A stretch of DNA of 64,000 bases, taken from contig JBAZSC010000002.1 in assembly GCA_041662665.1 (NCBI GenBank), positions 165,234 to 229,233 on the forward strand, read 5' to 3'. Below, piece by piece: positions 19,024-30,279 of this stretch. The notes under the pieces are model-generated. The model did not search any database, was not told the DNA's origin, and saw only the letters and a list, made by a program, of their open reading frames with translations. The position numbers and the translations under genes were made by a program. The stretch comes from Patescibacteria group bacterium. Its GTDB lineage: Bacteria; Patescibacteriota; JABMPQ01; JAQVVF01. Positions within the stretch are counted from its first letter, which is position 1; each line of letters starts with the position of its first letter.

Positions 19024-19157
19024 TTCTCTTCTCCCTCCTTTGTCCCATCAACTTTGTCCACCGAAGCTTTAGCGCAGGTGGAAGCGTAAACGAAGATGGA
19101 CTTGTTTTCAAAGAACATTTTCAATCAACAATATCATATTAATTTGATACTTACAAT

Positions 19158-19189
19158 AAAAAATAGAGGCACAAAATCTTGTGCCCCTA
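19158..19189 (-). repeat. 32-bp hairpin/terminator-like direct repeat, copy 1
   Basis: aaaaaatagaggcacaaaatcttgtgccccta, identical to 20877-20908. Confidence 0.9.
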
Positions 19190-19237
19190 GATTAGAGATA
19201 GCATTCGAGAATCGTATTCGAGCTCGCATTAGAGAAA

Positions 19238-20794
19238 TCATTTCACCCCAATTGCAAAATACTGCGTCTTCGTTGGATATTTAGTGAAATACTTTACAAT
19301 GAATTTTCTGTTTTTCTTTATTACTTTAGCATCAGTAAATACTGTAGATATATTCTGCCAAGAACCACCTTTTTTCTTGTATTTCAAATAAAGATTTGAT
19401 GCTGTTGCTGATTTATTTTTCTTTAAAAATTTCTTTAATGCTTTCTTAGTATATTTGAATGTTACTTTAATTTTATATTTCTGTGATAACTTTTTTGCTT
19501 TGTATTTATATAGATTAGTCTTTAATTTCCAATTGCTTAAGAATGTCTTATTTGGATATTTGCTTAATTTATTCCATTGCATCCAATAAGCGCTGTTCTT
19601 TGTTAATTTTGTTGGAAGCTTGGTGAAATTGATAACTAGATTTTGGCCTGAAATTGTTTGTTGATTTAGAGCTGGCATCAACGTAACTTTGTCACCATTA
19701 ATCAAATTGTTCTCCTCTAAAAGCCTATCGTATTCTTTTTGCTCTTCAGCGCTTAAAGTGTATTTCCAGACCTTTCCGACATAACTTTCATCAGAATTAC
19801 TATCACCTCCAGCATAAATTGAACCATCTGAGACTTGAATCAAAGAATAAACATCAGACCCAGCCATTATTCCAGTAAAATCTGACCAAGAACCATTCGA
19901 ATATTTAGAAACTTTAGCATAAACACCATTACCACCTGCATAAATCGAACCATCTAAAGCCTGAGATAGAGAATAAACATGGGTCATATCCAGCGTACCA
20001 GTGATATCTGTCCAAGAATTATTTGAATATCTATAGACTTTAGCATAATTAGTAGAATAAAAACCACCTGAATAGCCACCAGCATAAATTGAACCATCTA
20101 TCGCCTGAAACAAAGATCGAACGTTAGACATATTTAATGTTCCAGTAACATCTGACCAAGAACCATTTGAATATTTAAAAACTTTACCATAATCATCACT
20201 ACCATCATAATAATGTCCTCCAGCATAAATTGAACTATCTGAAGCTTGAATCAAAGAAGTTACAACAGACATATTTGAAATTTCAGAGATACTGATCCAA
20301 GAACCATTTGAATATTTAAAAATTCTATCATCATAATTAAAACCATTATAGACATATCCACCAGCATAAATCGAACCATCTGAGGCTTGAAGTAAAGTAG
20401 TAACAAAAGACATATCCGATAATCCAGAAACATCAGTCCAAGAACCATTCGAATATTTATAGACTTTAGCAAGATAATCGCTAGCTAAAACATATCCGCC
20501 AACATAAATCGAACCGTCTGAGGCTTGAAGTAGAGAAGCTACATTAGACATATTTAATGTTCCAGTAATATCTGACCAAGAACCATTTGAATATTTAGAA
20601 ACTCTACCATAAAAATGGCTACCATCATCATAATTCCCACCGGCATAAATCGAACCATCTGAAGCATAAACCAAAGAATAAACTGTAGATATACTCAATG
20701 TCCCAGTAATATCTCCCCATTCAGCACTAGCAATTCCGCCTAATCCAAACAATAACCCCACGCAAAACAAACTTGTTAATAAAAACTTTCTCAT
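19238..20794 (-). CDS. Exported seven-repeat beta-propeller protein with Lys-rich C-terminal module
   Basis: Signal peptide (ASA-E); 7 repeats of W.D.TG....V.SL.QASDGSIYAGG; basic C-terminal domain. Confidence 0.85.
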   Translation of the reverse strand: MRKFLLTSLFCVGLLFGLGGIASAEWGDITGTLSISTVYSLVYASDGSIYAGGNYDDGSHFYGRVSKYSNGSWSDITGTLNMSNVASLLQASDGSIYVGGYVLASDYLAKVYKYSNGSWTDVSGLSDMSFVTTLLQASDGSIYAGGYVYNGFNYDDRIFKYSNGSWISISEISNMSVVTSLIQASDSSIYAGGHYYDGSDDYGKVFKYSNGSWSDVTGTLNMSNVRSLFQAIDGSIYAGGYSGGFYSTNYAKVYRYSNNSWTDITGTLDMTHVYSLSQALDGSIYAGGNGVYAKVSKYSNGSWSDFTGIMAGSDVYSLIQVSDGSIYAGGDSNSDESYVGKVWKYTLSAEEQKEYDRLLEENNLINGDKVTLMPALNQQTISGQNLVINFTKLPTKLTKNSAYWMQWNKLSKYPNKTFLSNWKLKTNLYKYKAKKLSQKYKIKVTFKYTKKALKKFLKKNKSATASNLYLKYKKKGGSWQNISTVFTDAKVIKKNRKFIVKYFTKYPTKTQYFAIGVK

Positions 20795-20876
20795 AATTTT
20801 TTGATTTTATTTTTATATAATAAATTTAGTTAATAATATTATACCACAATCAAAGAAGAAGAAGAAGTTATCCACA

Positions 20877-20908
20877 AAAAAATAGAGGCACAAAATCTTG
20901 TGCCCCTA
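20877..20908 (-). repeat. 32-bp hairpin/terminator-like direct repeat, copy 2 (rpoC terminator position)
   Basis: Identical to 19158-19189; hairpin followed by a T-run on the minus strand. Confidence 0.9.
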
Positions 20909-20945
20909 ATATCCGTAATTTCCTAATTTCTTGATATCCGAATAT

Positions 20946-23900
20946 TTAGACCTTCTTCACGTATCCAGTACCAGCTGGAATTAACTTGCCAAGAATTACA
21001 TTTTCTTTCAAACCTTTCAATTCATCAACCTTGCCAGTGATTGAAGCATCAATCAATACTCTTGCAGTTTCTTGGAAAGAAGCAGCAGATAGGAAACTAT
21101 CAGTTGATAATGAAGATTTTGTAATACCTAATAATAATTCATCAGCCTCTGGTAATTCTTTTCCTTCTTTTCTTAATTTATCGCGAACAGCCAAGAATTT
21201 TACTCTATTCATTACATCGCCAGCAATCAAATCACTCTTGCCAGTTTTTCTAACTCTTACCCAATTCAACATTTGTCTGATAATCAATTCAACATGTTTA
21301 TCATCTACATCCTGACCTTGGCTTGAATAAATATATTGTACTTCTTTCAAAATATATTTTTGAATTGCTTCTCTTCCACAAGACTTGAATAGATTTTGCA
21401 AATCTAATGCGCCTTCTGATAATTGTTGGCCCTTGCTTACCAAATCCTTATTCTTTACCCACAAGACAGCATTGCTAGGCAAAATATATTCTTTTTCAAC
21501 ATCGCCTTCTTTGACAATAATTAAATTCTGTCCATCAATTTTCACAAAACCAGAAGCTTTTGCTTTAATTTCTTTGCCTTTTTCTGTTTTGATCAAAACA
21601 TCGCCTTTATTAACATCTGTTGCATCTTTAACAACAAGTTTGTCATTTGTTCCAAATTGATATAAATCTTTGCTGACATTTGAAGCAACGATTCTCAAAA
21701 TTTTTCTGTCTTTTTCTTCTTCAATTGAAGCAATACCATCTAATTCTGCAAAAATCGCTGGTTTTTTAATTCCTCGAGCTTCAAATAATTCTTCAACTCT
21801 AGGCAAACCTTGAGTAATATCGCCTTCGGAAGCTACACCACCAGTATGAAAAGTTCTCATTGTCAACTGTGTTCCTGGCTCACCAATTGATTGAGCAGCA
21901 ATAATACCAACTGCTTGTCCAATTGCTACTTTTTCATTTCTACCTAAATCCCAACCATAACATTTTTGACAAATTCCTCTTTCCATTTTACAAGTTGTTA
22001 CTGAGAAAATTCTAACACCATCCAAATCCAAACTATCAATCAATTTTCCATAAATTTTTGTAACAATTTCTCCTTTTTTAATAACAACCTTACCAGTTTT
22101 ATCTTTAATGTCTTGAGCCAAAGTTCTACCTAAAATTCTATCACCAATAGTTGTATTCATTTCTGTACTATCTTTTTTGGTTATTTCAAGACCTTTTGTA
22201 TCACTGCATTCGGGAGCTTGGACAATGATATCTTGAGAAACATCAATCAATCTTCTTGTTAAATAACCAGCATTAGCAGTTCTCAAAGCTGTATCAGTCA
22301 AACCTTTACGAGCACCGTGAGTAGAAATGAAATATTCCAATACGCCTAAGCCTTCTTTAAAACTATTCTTAACTGGCAACTCAATAGTCTTTCCAGATGG
22401 AGCAGCCATCAAGCCTCTCATACCCATCATCTGAACAATTTGTGGCCATGAACCTCTCGCACCTGATTCAACCATTGCATAAACTGGACCAAATTCTTCA
22501 ACTGTATTTCTAGTTACTTCTGTAATCTTCTCTTTTACATTTGCCCAAGTTTCAATAACTTTGACATAACGTTCATGATCAGTTAGAAGACCAGCTTTGT
22601 ATTGTTGTCTGATTTCTTCAATTTTCTTTGTTGCATCGGTCATCATTCCTGCTTTTTCTTTTGGCAATTTCAAATCATCCATACCCCAAGAAAGTCCAGC
22701 CTTAGTCAAATATTCAAAACCAATTTCTTTAATTGCATCAACTAATAATACAGTTTCATCACCGCCATGCTTATGCAAACATTCGCCAATTAATTCTCTT
22801 AATACTTTTTTATCAAAAACATTATTTCTAAAACCAAAATCTGCTGGCAAAACTCGATTAAAGATAATTCTACCAACGCAAGTTTCTACTATTTCTTCAT
22901 TTATTCTAACTTTGATTTTTGCTCTAATATCAACTAAATCATTTTCATAAGCTAAGATTGCTTCTTCAGCATCTGAAAAGATTTTACCTTCTCCCTTCAT
23001 TCCAACTCGCATATTAGAAATATAATAACAACCCAAAACAATATCTTGAGAAGGAGTAGTAATTGGAACACCAGTCGCAGGCTTTAATAAATTTTTTGTT
23101 GAAGCCATAATTTCTTTTGCTTCTTTTTGCGCTAAAACTGTTAACGGTACATGGACAGCCATCTGATCACCATCAAAATCAGCATTAAAAGCAGAACATA
23201 CCATTGGATGAATCTGCAATGCTTTGCCTTCAATCAAAATTGGCTTGAAAGCTTGAATACCTAGTCTATGCAAAGTCGGAGCACGATTTAACAACACATA
23301 TTTATCAGCAATAATTTCTTCCAATGCATCCCAAACTTCTGATCTGCCTTCTTCAATTAATTTTCCTGCTGATCTAACATTATGAGCATATTCATTCTTA
23401 ATCAAACTATTAATAACAAATGGTTTAAATAATTCCAAAGCCATTGTTTTTGGAATACCACACTCGCCTAATTTTAAGTGAGGTCCAATAACAATTACTG
23501 AACGACCAGAATAATCAACGCGCTTACCTAACAAATTTTGTCTGAAACGTCCTTGCTTGCCTTTCAACATATCAGCCAAAGATTTTAATAATCTTTTCTG
23601 TCCAGTTGAAGCAGCAGTTACTTTTCCAGATCTTGCTGAATTATCCAATAATGCATCAACAGCTTCTTGCAACATTCTTTTTTCATTTCTACAAATAACT
23701 TCTGGCGCATTTAATTCAATCAATCTTTTTAAACGATTATTGCGATTTATAACTCTTCTATACAAATCATTCAAATCAGAAGCTGCATATCTGCCACCAT
23801 CCAATTGAACCATTGGACGTAGATCAGGAGGAATAACAGGAAGAACAGTTAAAATTGTATATTCTGGTCTGATTCCAACTTTAATTAAATTTTTAACTAA

Positions 23901-24770
23901 TTTTAATCTTCTTTTAATTTTCTTTTTAATTTGGGCTGGTGCGTTGATTACTTCTTTTTCTAAATCAACTGCCATTTTTTCCAAATTAATTTCTGCTAAT
24001 ACTTTTCTAACGGCTTCAGCGCCAATCGATGCTTTAAAAACATGTCCATATTTCATGGACAAATTTCTGTATTTTAATTCAGAAATAACACTTAATTTTT
24101 TAATGTCTTTAACTTCTTCTTTTTCAAAATTAAAAACTTTATTCAACTTTTGTTGTTCTTTTTCTTTATCGGAATACAAAACTTTTAATCTTTTTTCAGC
24201 ATCTGCTGAATTTCCTTTTTCAGCTTTTTGTTTAACTCTTAGTTGTTTTAATTCGGAAGCTAAATTTTTGTACTTATCATCAATTCCTCTTTTCTTAGAT
24301 TTAAATTCGTCTTCTAATTCATTCAAAGTTTCTGTCTTTGCTTTTTCATCAACTGAAGTTATTAAATAGCTGGCAAAATATACAACTTTTTCCAAACTTT
24401 TTGCTGACAAATCTAAAATCAATCCAACTTTTGATGGAACACCACGTAAAAACCAGATATGAGAAACAGGAGCTGCTAATTCAATATGTCCCATTCTTTC
24501 ACGTCTGACAATTGATCTCGTAACTTCAACACCGCATTTGTCGCAGATTATTCCTTTGTATCTAATTCTTTTATATTTTCCGCAATAACATTCCCAATCT
24601 TTTGTTGGACCAAAAATTCTTTCCGAAAAAAGTCCATCTTTTTCCGGACGTTGGGTACGATAATTGATTGTCTCTGGTTTTTTTACTTCTCCATAAGACC
24701 AATCTAAAATTTCGTCTGGAGAAGCCAGTTTCAATCTTATCGCATTAAAATCAGTTGTAATATTTGCCAT
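20946..24770 (-). CDS. rpoC: DNA-directed RNA polymerase subunit beta'
   Basis: NADFDGD, KPETINYRT, GEPGTQLTMRTFH, SAASFQET. Confidence 0.99.
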   Translation of the reverse strand: MANITTDFNAIRLKLASPDEILDWSYGEVKKPETINYRTQRPEKDGLFSERIFGPTKDWECYCGKYKRIRYKGIICDKCGVEVTRSIVRRERMGHIELAAPVSHIWFLRGVPSKVGLILDLSAKSLEKVVYFASYLITSVDEKAKTETLNELEDEFKSKKRGIDDKYKNLASELKQLRVKQKAEKGNSADAEKRLKVLYSDKEKEQQKLNKVFNFEKEEVKDIKKLSVISELKYRNLSMKYGHVFKASIGAEAVRKVLAEINLEKMAVDLEKEVINAPAQIKKKIKRRLKLVKNLIKVGIRPEYTILTVLPVIPPDLRPMVQLDGGRYAASDLNDLYRRVINRNNRLKRLIELNAPEVICRNEKRMLQEAVDALLDNSARSGKVTAASTGQKRLLKSLADMLKGKQGRFRQNLLGKRVDYSGRSVIVIGPHLKLGECGIPKTMALELFKPFVINSLIKNEYAHNVRSAGKLIEEGRSEVWDALEEIIADKYVLLNRAPTLHRLGIQAFKPILIEGKALQIHPMVCSAFNADFDGDQMAVHVPLTVLAQKEAKEIMASTKNLLKPATGVPITTPSQDIVLGCYYISNMRVGMKGEGKIFSDAEEAILAYENDLVDIRAKIKVRINEEIVETCVGRIIFNRVLPADFGFRNNVFDKKVLRELIGECLHKHGGDETVLLVDAIKEIGFEYLTKAGLSWGMDDLKLPKEKAGMMTDATKKIEEIRQQYKAGLLTDHERYVKVIETWANVKEKITEVTRNTVEEFGPVYAMVESGARGSWPQIVQMMGMRGLMAAPSGKTIELPVKNSFKEGLGVLEYFISTHGARKGLTDTALRTANAGYLTRRLIDVSQDIIVQAPECSDTKGLEITKKDSTEMNTTIGDRILGRTLAQDIKDKTGKVVIKKGEIVTKIYGKLIDSLDLDGVRIFSVTTCKMERGICQKCYGWDLGRNEKVAIGQAVGIIAAQSIGEPGTQLTMRTFHTGGVASEGDITQGLPRVEELFEARGIKKPAIFAELDGIASIEEEKDRKILRIVASNVSKDLYQFGTNDKLVVKDATDVNKGDVLIKTEKGKEIKAKASGFVKIDGQNLIIVKEGDVEKEYILPSNAVLWVKNKDLVSKGQQLSEGALDLQNLFKSCGREAIQKYILKEVQYIYSSQGQDVDDKHVELIIRQMLNWVRVRKTGKSDLIAGDVMNRVKFLAVRDKLRKEGKELPEADELLLGITKSSLSTDSFLSAASFQETARVLIDASITGKVDELKGLKENVILGKLIPAGTGYVKKV

Positions 24771-24814
24771 AATATTTAGTTAATTAACCTTTTTAAATTA
24801 ATTTTTGTCAATTG

Positions 24815-25174
24815 CTAAAAATCAGTCCCATTTACATCATTTTCATTATAATCAATTGTTATTTCTTCGCCAAAATAAATATTTCTAACAGCAATAGTAT
24901 CTTTAAATTGTCCTAGACTTTTTGTATTTGGATTTTCTGAATGATTTATAAACCTTGCATTATCAGTATCCAAATAAACATAATCTTCACCATTATCAAC
25001 AGCGTATGTGTCAAAAAATTCTTCTGCATTTTTCGGTATATCTTTTTTGTTTACTTTTATATCAATGACAGAATTAAAAACCCAAACAGATTGACCTTTT
25101 TTAATTTCTTGATCAGCAATCAAACCAATCCCTTTCCCATTTATTTCTTTTAACCTTGTCTTAACTACTAACAT
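24815..25174 (-). CDS. SET-domain protein (putative lysine methyltransferase)
   Basis: GKGIGLIA...IKKG, ARFINHS.NPN, GEEITIDY. Confidence 0.88.
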   Translation of the reverse strand: MLVVKTRLKEINGKGIGLIADQEIKKGQSVWVFNSVIDIKVNKKDIPKNAEEFFDTYAVDNGEDYVYLDTDNARFINHSENPNTKSLGQFKDTIAVRNIYFGEEITIDYNENDVNGTDF

Positions 25175-25330
25175 ATATTTTTACAGTTTAACTAGATTAA
25201 TTTAAAATTATTTCGCTAATCATAACCGCATATACTTTTATTATGTAATATCACAAAGCGAATAATCAATTAATTTCACATAACTCGTCAATATCTAATA
25301 TCCGAATATCCGTAATTTCCGAATATCCGT

Positions 25331-28300
25331 CTATTTACGTTCGTACTTTTTTTCTTCAGTTTCAAGAATATTTCCATTTTTATCCAAAATTTCAACATTC
25401 AAAGCTAAGCTTTTTAATTCTTTAACTAAAACGCTGAATGATTCTGGAACATTTGGCTGTCTGATTGGTTCACCCTTAATAATCGCTTCATAAGTTTTTG
25501 AACGTCCAATAACATCATCTGATTTTATTGTTAACAATTCCTGTAACACATGAGAAGCGCCATAAGCCTCAATTGCCCAAACTTCCATTTCACCAAATCT
25601 TTGTCCACCAAATTGTGCTTTACCGCCTAATGGCTGTTGAGTAACTAATGAGTACGGCCCGATTGATCTTTGATGGATCTTATCTTCAACTAAGTGATAA
25701 AGTTTCAAGATATACATCACACCAACTGTTGTTTTTTCCGTAAATGCATTACCTGTTCTACCATCATAAAGTTGAACTTTGCCATTTTCTGGCCAGTTTG
25801 CTCTTTTTAATTCAGATTTAATTGTTTCTTCTTTTACACCATCCAAAACTGGAGTTGCAACTTTATAGCCTAATAATTTTGCCGCCATGCCTAAGTGAAC
25901 TTCCAAAATCTGACCTTGATTCATACGAGAAGGCACGCCTAATGGATTCAAAATAATATCAACTGTTCTTCCATCTGGCAAATATGGCATATCTTCCTGT
26001 GGAACAATCTTTGAGATAACACCTTTATTACCATGACGTCCAGCTAATTTATCGCCAACTTGAATTTTTCGAAGTTGTGCGACAGAAACTTGAATCGTCT
26101 TGATAACGCCAGTTGGCAATTTATCGCCTTTTTCTCTAGAAAATATTTTAACATCAACAACCTTACCATGTTCGCCATGTTGCAAATATAATGAAGTGTC
26201 TTTTACATCTCTAGCTTTTTCACCAAAGATCGCTCTTAATAATCGCTCTTCTGCTGTTAATTCAGTTTCACCTTTTGGTGTAATTTTACCTACCAAAATA
26301 TCACCTGAAGTAACTTGAGCTCCGACTCTAACAATTCCTTCTTCATCCAAATCTTTTAGTTTTTCTTCACCAACATTTGGAATATCGCGAGTAACTAATT
26401 CTGAACCTAATTTTGTATCACGAACATCAATCGAAAAATCCTCAATATGAATTGAGCTATAAACATCTTCGCGAACTAGTCTATCAGAAATCAACATCGC
26501 GTCTTCAAAATTTCCACCTTGCCATGCCATGAATGCAACTACAACATTTTTTCCTAAAGCTAATTCGCCTTTATCAGTTGAAGATCCATCAGCAATAATC
26601 TGACCCTTTTTTACTTTCTCACCAACTGAAACGATTGGTCTTTGATCAATACAAGTTGAAGTATTTGATCTTAAGAAATTTAATAATTTATATTCTCTAA
26701 TATTTTTATTAGCTTCCAATACTTTTATTCTTTTTCCAGATACTTCAATGATCTCTCCATCTTTTTTACAAACAATAACTACACCTGAATCTTTAGCAGC
26801 TCTCTCTTCACAACCAGTACCTACAATTGGTGAATCAGGATTAATACATGGCACAGCCTGACGTTGCATGTTTGAACCCATCAAAGCACGATTAGCATCA
26901 TCATGTTCCAAAAATGGAATCAAAGCTGTAGTAATAGATACAATTTGTTTTGGAGAAACATCCATATATTCGATTCTGCCTGTTGCTTCCATTGATGGCT
27001 CGCCTGCAACTCTAACTTCTGCTCTTTTATCAACAAAATAGCCTTTTTCATCAATTAAAATTGTTGCTGGAGCTGTCACATGTTTTTCTTCCTCAATTGC
27101 ATCTAGATATTCAATTTCATCAGTAACTCTTGATCTAATTTGAACTACTTTCAAACCAGCATTTTTAATTTTATTGATATCTTTTTTATCAAGAACTTTG
27201 TCAGCTGGAATAATCACTCTTCTTTTTTCATCTAGGATTCCAGATTTATAAGAAATCTCGCCGATTGCCTTTTCTGCTCTTTCAATTGGAATTTCTCTTA
27301 AAATCTTTCTATAAGGAGTTTCAATAAAACCATATTCATTAATTCTTGCATATGAAGAAAGATGGCCTACCAAACCAATGTTTGGACCTTCAGGAGTCGA
27401 AATAGGACAAATTCTGCCATAGTGAGTTCTGTGTACATCACGTACATCAAAACCAGCTCTTTCACGAGACAAACCTCCAGGACCCATTGCTGATAATCTT
27501 CTCTTATGTTCTAACTCGGATAATGGATTTGTTTGATCCATAAATTGAGAAAGTTGAGAAGACATGAAAAATTCTCGAATTGAAGAAATAACTGGTCTAG
27601 CATTAATCAATTGAGCTGGAGTAGAAGTATTAATATCCAAAGTACTCATTCTATCTCTAATGATTCTTTCCATTCTCATCAAACCAACTCTCATTTTATT
27701 TTGGACCAATTCACCAATCGCTCTAACTCTTCTATTTCCTAAATGATCAATATCATCAGGATTGCCTTGATTAATATTTAATTTAATTAATTCTTTTATA
27801 ACATTAACAAGATCTTCTTTTCTTAAAACTCTATTTTGCTTGTTAATAATAATTTTTTCACCTAATCTTTTGTTCATTTTGAAACGTCCAACTTTGCCAA
27901 AATCATATCTTTCAAAATTAAAAAACATTGCTTCAATCAATGATCTTGCATTATCCGCAGTTGCTAAATCTCCAGGTCTAATTCTTTTATATACTTCAAT
28001 AAAACCTTCAGCTTGATTTTTTGCAATATCTTTTTCTAATGTATTTTTGATAAATTTTCGATCAGGCAAAGTATCAACATCCTTGAATTGAGCCAAAATT
28101 TCAGAATCTGTGGAAAACCCAAAAGCCCTTAACAATGACGTTACAGGTACTTTTCTTTTGCGATCGATTTTTGCATAAATAACACTTTTTGAGTCAGTTT
28201 CAATTTCTATCCAAGCGCCTCTGTTTGGAATAATTTTTGCGCCAAATAATTTTTCGCCTTTTGTTAATTCAGCAGTAAAAAATACGCCAGGAGATCTAAT

Positions 28301-28696
28301 CAATTGAGAAACAACTACTCTTTCAACACCATTGATAATAAATGTGCCTCGATCAGTCATCAATGGAAATTCGCCTAAATATACTTCTTGTTCTTTTATT
28401 TCACCAGTTTGTTTATTAACTAATTGAACTTTGCAACGAACTGAAGCTTCATAAGTTGCATTTCTTGATTTTGCTGCAACTTCATCAACTTTTGGTTCAT
28501 CAATTACATAATCAACAAAACTTAATTCTAGATTTTTTTCAGTAAAATCTTTGATTGGAGAAATTTCATCAAACAATTCTCTCAAACCTTCTTTAAAAAA
28601 CCAATCATAAGAATCAGTTTGAACTCTGATTAAATCAGGAAGTTCAATAACATCATGCAATTTAGTAAAAAATTTTCTTTTTTGCTTTTGAGGCAT
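25331..28696 (-). CDS. rpoB: DNA-directed RNA polymerase subunit beta
   Basis: [34 protein letters not shown]; probable start ATG 28696 (MPQK), ORF open to 28741. Confidence 0.99.
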   Translation of the reverse strand: MPQKQKRKFFTKLHDVIELPDLIRVQTDSYDWFFKEGLRELFDEISPIKDFTEKNLELSFVDYVIDEPKVDEVAAKSRNATYEASVRCKVQLVNKQTGEIKEQEVYLGEFPLMTDRGTFIINGVERVVVSQLIRSPGVFFTAELTKGEKLFGAKIIPNRGAWIEIETDSKSVIYAKIDRKRKVPVTSLLRAFGFSTDSEILAQFKDVDTLPDRKFIKNTLEKDIAKNQAEGFIEVYKRIRPGDLATADNARSLIEAMFFNFERYDFGKVGRFKMNKRLGEKIIINKQNRVLRKEDLVNVIKELIKLNINQGNPDDIDHLGNRRVRAIGELVQNKMRVGLMRMERIIRDRMSTLDINTSTPAQLINARPVISSIREFFMSSQLSQFMDQTNPLSELEHKRRLSAMGPGGLSRERAGFDVRDVHRTHYGRICPISTPEGPNIGLVGHLSSYARINEYGFIETPYRKILREIPIERAEKAIGEISYKSGILDEKRRVIIPADKVLDKKDINKIKNAGLKVVQIRSRVTDEIEYLDAIEEEKHVTAPATILIDEKGYFVDKRAEVRVAGEPSMEATGRIEYMDVSPKQIVSITTALIPFLEHDDANRALMGSNMQRQAVPCINPDSPIVGTGCEERAAKDSGVVIVCKKDGEIIEVSGKRIKVLEANKNIREYKLLNFLRSNTSTCIDQRPIVSVGEKVKKGQIIADGSSTDKGELALGKNVVVAFMAWQGGNFEDAMLISDRLVREDVYSSIHIEDFSIDVRDTKLGSELVTRDIPNVGEEKLKDLDEEGIVRVGAQVTSGDILVGKITPKGETELTAEERLLRAIFGEKARDVKDTSLYLQHGEHGKVVDVKIFSREKGDKLPTGVIKTIQVSVAQLRKIQVGDKLAGRHGNKGVISKIVPQEDMPYLPDGRTVDIILNPLGVPSRMNQGQILEVHLGMAAKLLGYKVATPVLDGVKEETIKSELKRANWPENGKVQLYDGRTGNAFTEKTTVGVMYILKLYHLVEDKIHQRSIGPYSLVTQQPLGGKAQFGGQRFGEMEVWAIEAYGASHVLQELLTIKSDDVIGRSKTYEAIIKGEPIRQPNVPESFSVLVKELKSLALNVEILDKNGNILETEEKKYERK

Positions 28697-28913
28697 ACTA
28701 TAAAAAATTAATATATAATAACAAATACTAATCATTTGCAATTAAATCTGTATGCATCTGTGTCTCTGTATCAAATCCGTTATAAATCTGTGTAAAATTT
28801 GTGCGCTAAAGATAACAAAAAATGACCAAAAATTAACACTTTTGGCTTATTTAAAGTCTTTTATAAATATCACGCCCGAGGCTATTCACCTCTGCTTTGA
28901 ATATCATACTTCA

Positions 28914-28941
28914 AGTATAAGCGTTTTATTTAAAAAGTCAA
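28914..28941 (-). promoter_or_regulatory. Sigma70-type promoter upstream of rpoB
   Basis: Minus strand TTGACT-16 nt-TATACT. Confidence 0.55.
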
Positions 28942-29023
28942 GCTATTTTTAATTAAAAACAATATTTAGGCTTATCTAAAACAAAAATAAAGCTATCAAA
29001 TTTTCTTATCCACAACGACTTCT

Positions 29024-30253
29024 TTACATCAAAGCTGCAGTTAGAATATTTCTTAATTCCGTTAAACGACCCAGTTCTTCTTCATCTTTAGTCTTTCCAA
29101 TCTTCTTTTCTACCCCTTTTAATTCTTTTTTATATTTGCTTCTTACTCCTCTTTCTTTTTTGGATAATGTAAAAAAAGTTTTCAATTCTTTTCCTGTTCC
29201 CATCACTGAACCAGCAATTCCAGACAAACTAGTTTCTGCTAAATTTCTAGCACTTGCCAAAATTTTTGCCATATTAGCACTAGCTTTCTCCAATCCAGGC
29301 GTTTGTCTAAGCTGTTCAGCAGTATAACCCAATTCTCCAGCAATACTCCCAACATTATTAACAACCTTAACCAACCTGTTTTCAGCATCATGAGCTACCT
29401 GTTTTTCTTTCATAAATTGATCTCTTGACACATCATTAACTTTTTTTTCAAGTGATCCAGTATCTTCAGATGAGATTCTTTCATCTTCAACCATTTTAGC
29501 TAATTCCTCAAGTGTTGGTGGCTCTATATCATCATATTCTGCCTTCGGAACATTAGGTGCTGGCAATTTTGCCTCTTTTTTTGACACAGCTAAACCACCT
29601 TCAATCAATCCTTGTACGTCAACATACTCCTCTTCACCACGTATCTCTTTAGGTGTTGGTTCATCGATTTCAACCACACCTTCTCCTTCCTGCGAAGAAT
29701 CTGGCAATGTACGTTGTACATCAGCTCTGCGAGTAAATTCAGTTTCAGTAAAATTGCCGGTTTTTTCATCATATTCAGGCAGATCCGGTACTAAAACAAG
29801 CTCAGTCGGATCAAATTTTTCTAAGTCTGCTTCAGTTAATTCCATTTCATCTGTTTCTAAAGCAGGAGCTGCTTGAACTTTTTGTTCGCCATAAGCACCT
29901 TCCTTAACTGTTGGCACATCCTCAATATTTATTTCTTTTTGAGTCGGCGCTTCATAAATATCTTTCATTGCTTGATCAAGTTTATTGCTCCATTCAGCCC
30001 AGACTTTTTTTTCATCATCAGTTTCTGGCATTCTTGGCAAATCTTCTTTTTTAAATATTTCAACGCCTTGTAAACCAATTTGTTCAATTTGCGAATCCTC
30101 AACTTCTGGAATTACTTCTTCAGCTGTTACAGCTTCTTCAATTCCTGGTTTTATTTCTCTGCCTTTTTTGTCTATAGAAACTTTTTTAAATTCTGTTTCA
30201 CCAGCTGCTTTTCTTTGGACTTCTAACGCTTGCGCATTATCACCTTTTGCCAT
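29024..30253 (-). CDS. Hypothetical acidic, low-complexity protein
   Basis: 409-aa ORF, E/P-rich N-region, helical basic C-terminus, no recognised motif. Confidence 0.7.
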   Translation of the reverse strand: MAKGDNAQALEVQRKAAGETEFKKVSIDKKGREIKPGIEEAVTAEEVIPEVEDSQIEQIGLQGVEIFKKEDLPRMPETDDEKKVWAEWSNKLDQAMKDIYEAPTQKEINIEDVPTVKEGAYGEQKVQAAPALETDEMELTEADLEKFDPTELVLVPDLPEYDEKTGNFTETEFTRRADVQRTLPDSSQEGEGVVEIDEPTPKEIRGEEEYVDVQGLIEGGLAVSKKEAKLPAPNVPKAEYDDIEPPTLEELAKMVEDERISSEDTGSLEKKVNDVSRDQFMKEKQVAHDAENRLVKVVNNVGSIAGELGYTAEQLRQTPGLEKASANMAKILASARNLAETSLSGIAGSVMGTGKELKTFFTLSKKERGVRSKYKKELKGVEKKIGKTKDEEELGRLTELRNILTAALM

Positions 30254-30279
30254 ATTTTTAAAAAATTAATTTTTAATAA

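Noticed and set aside
19760-20720. Diversity-generating retroelement target or template
   Set aside because: Loops are Y/D/N/S-rich, but no reverse transcriptase and no TR/VR pair differing only at adenines is visible, and the loops vary in length.
20868-29014. Replication origin suggested by DnaA boxes
   Set aside because: Boxes are single and many kb apart; no cluster and no dnaA/dnaN nearby.
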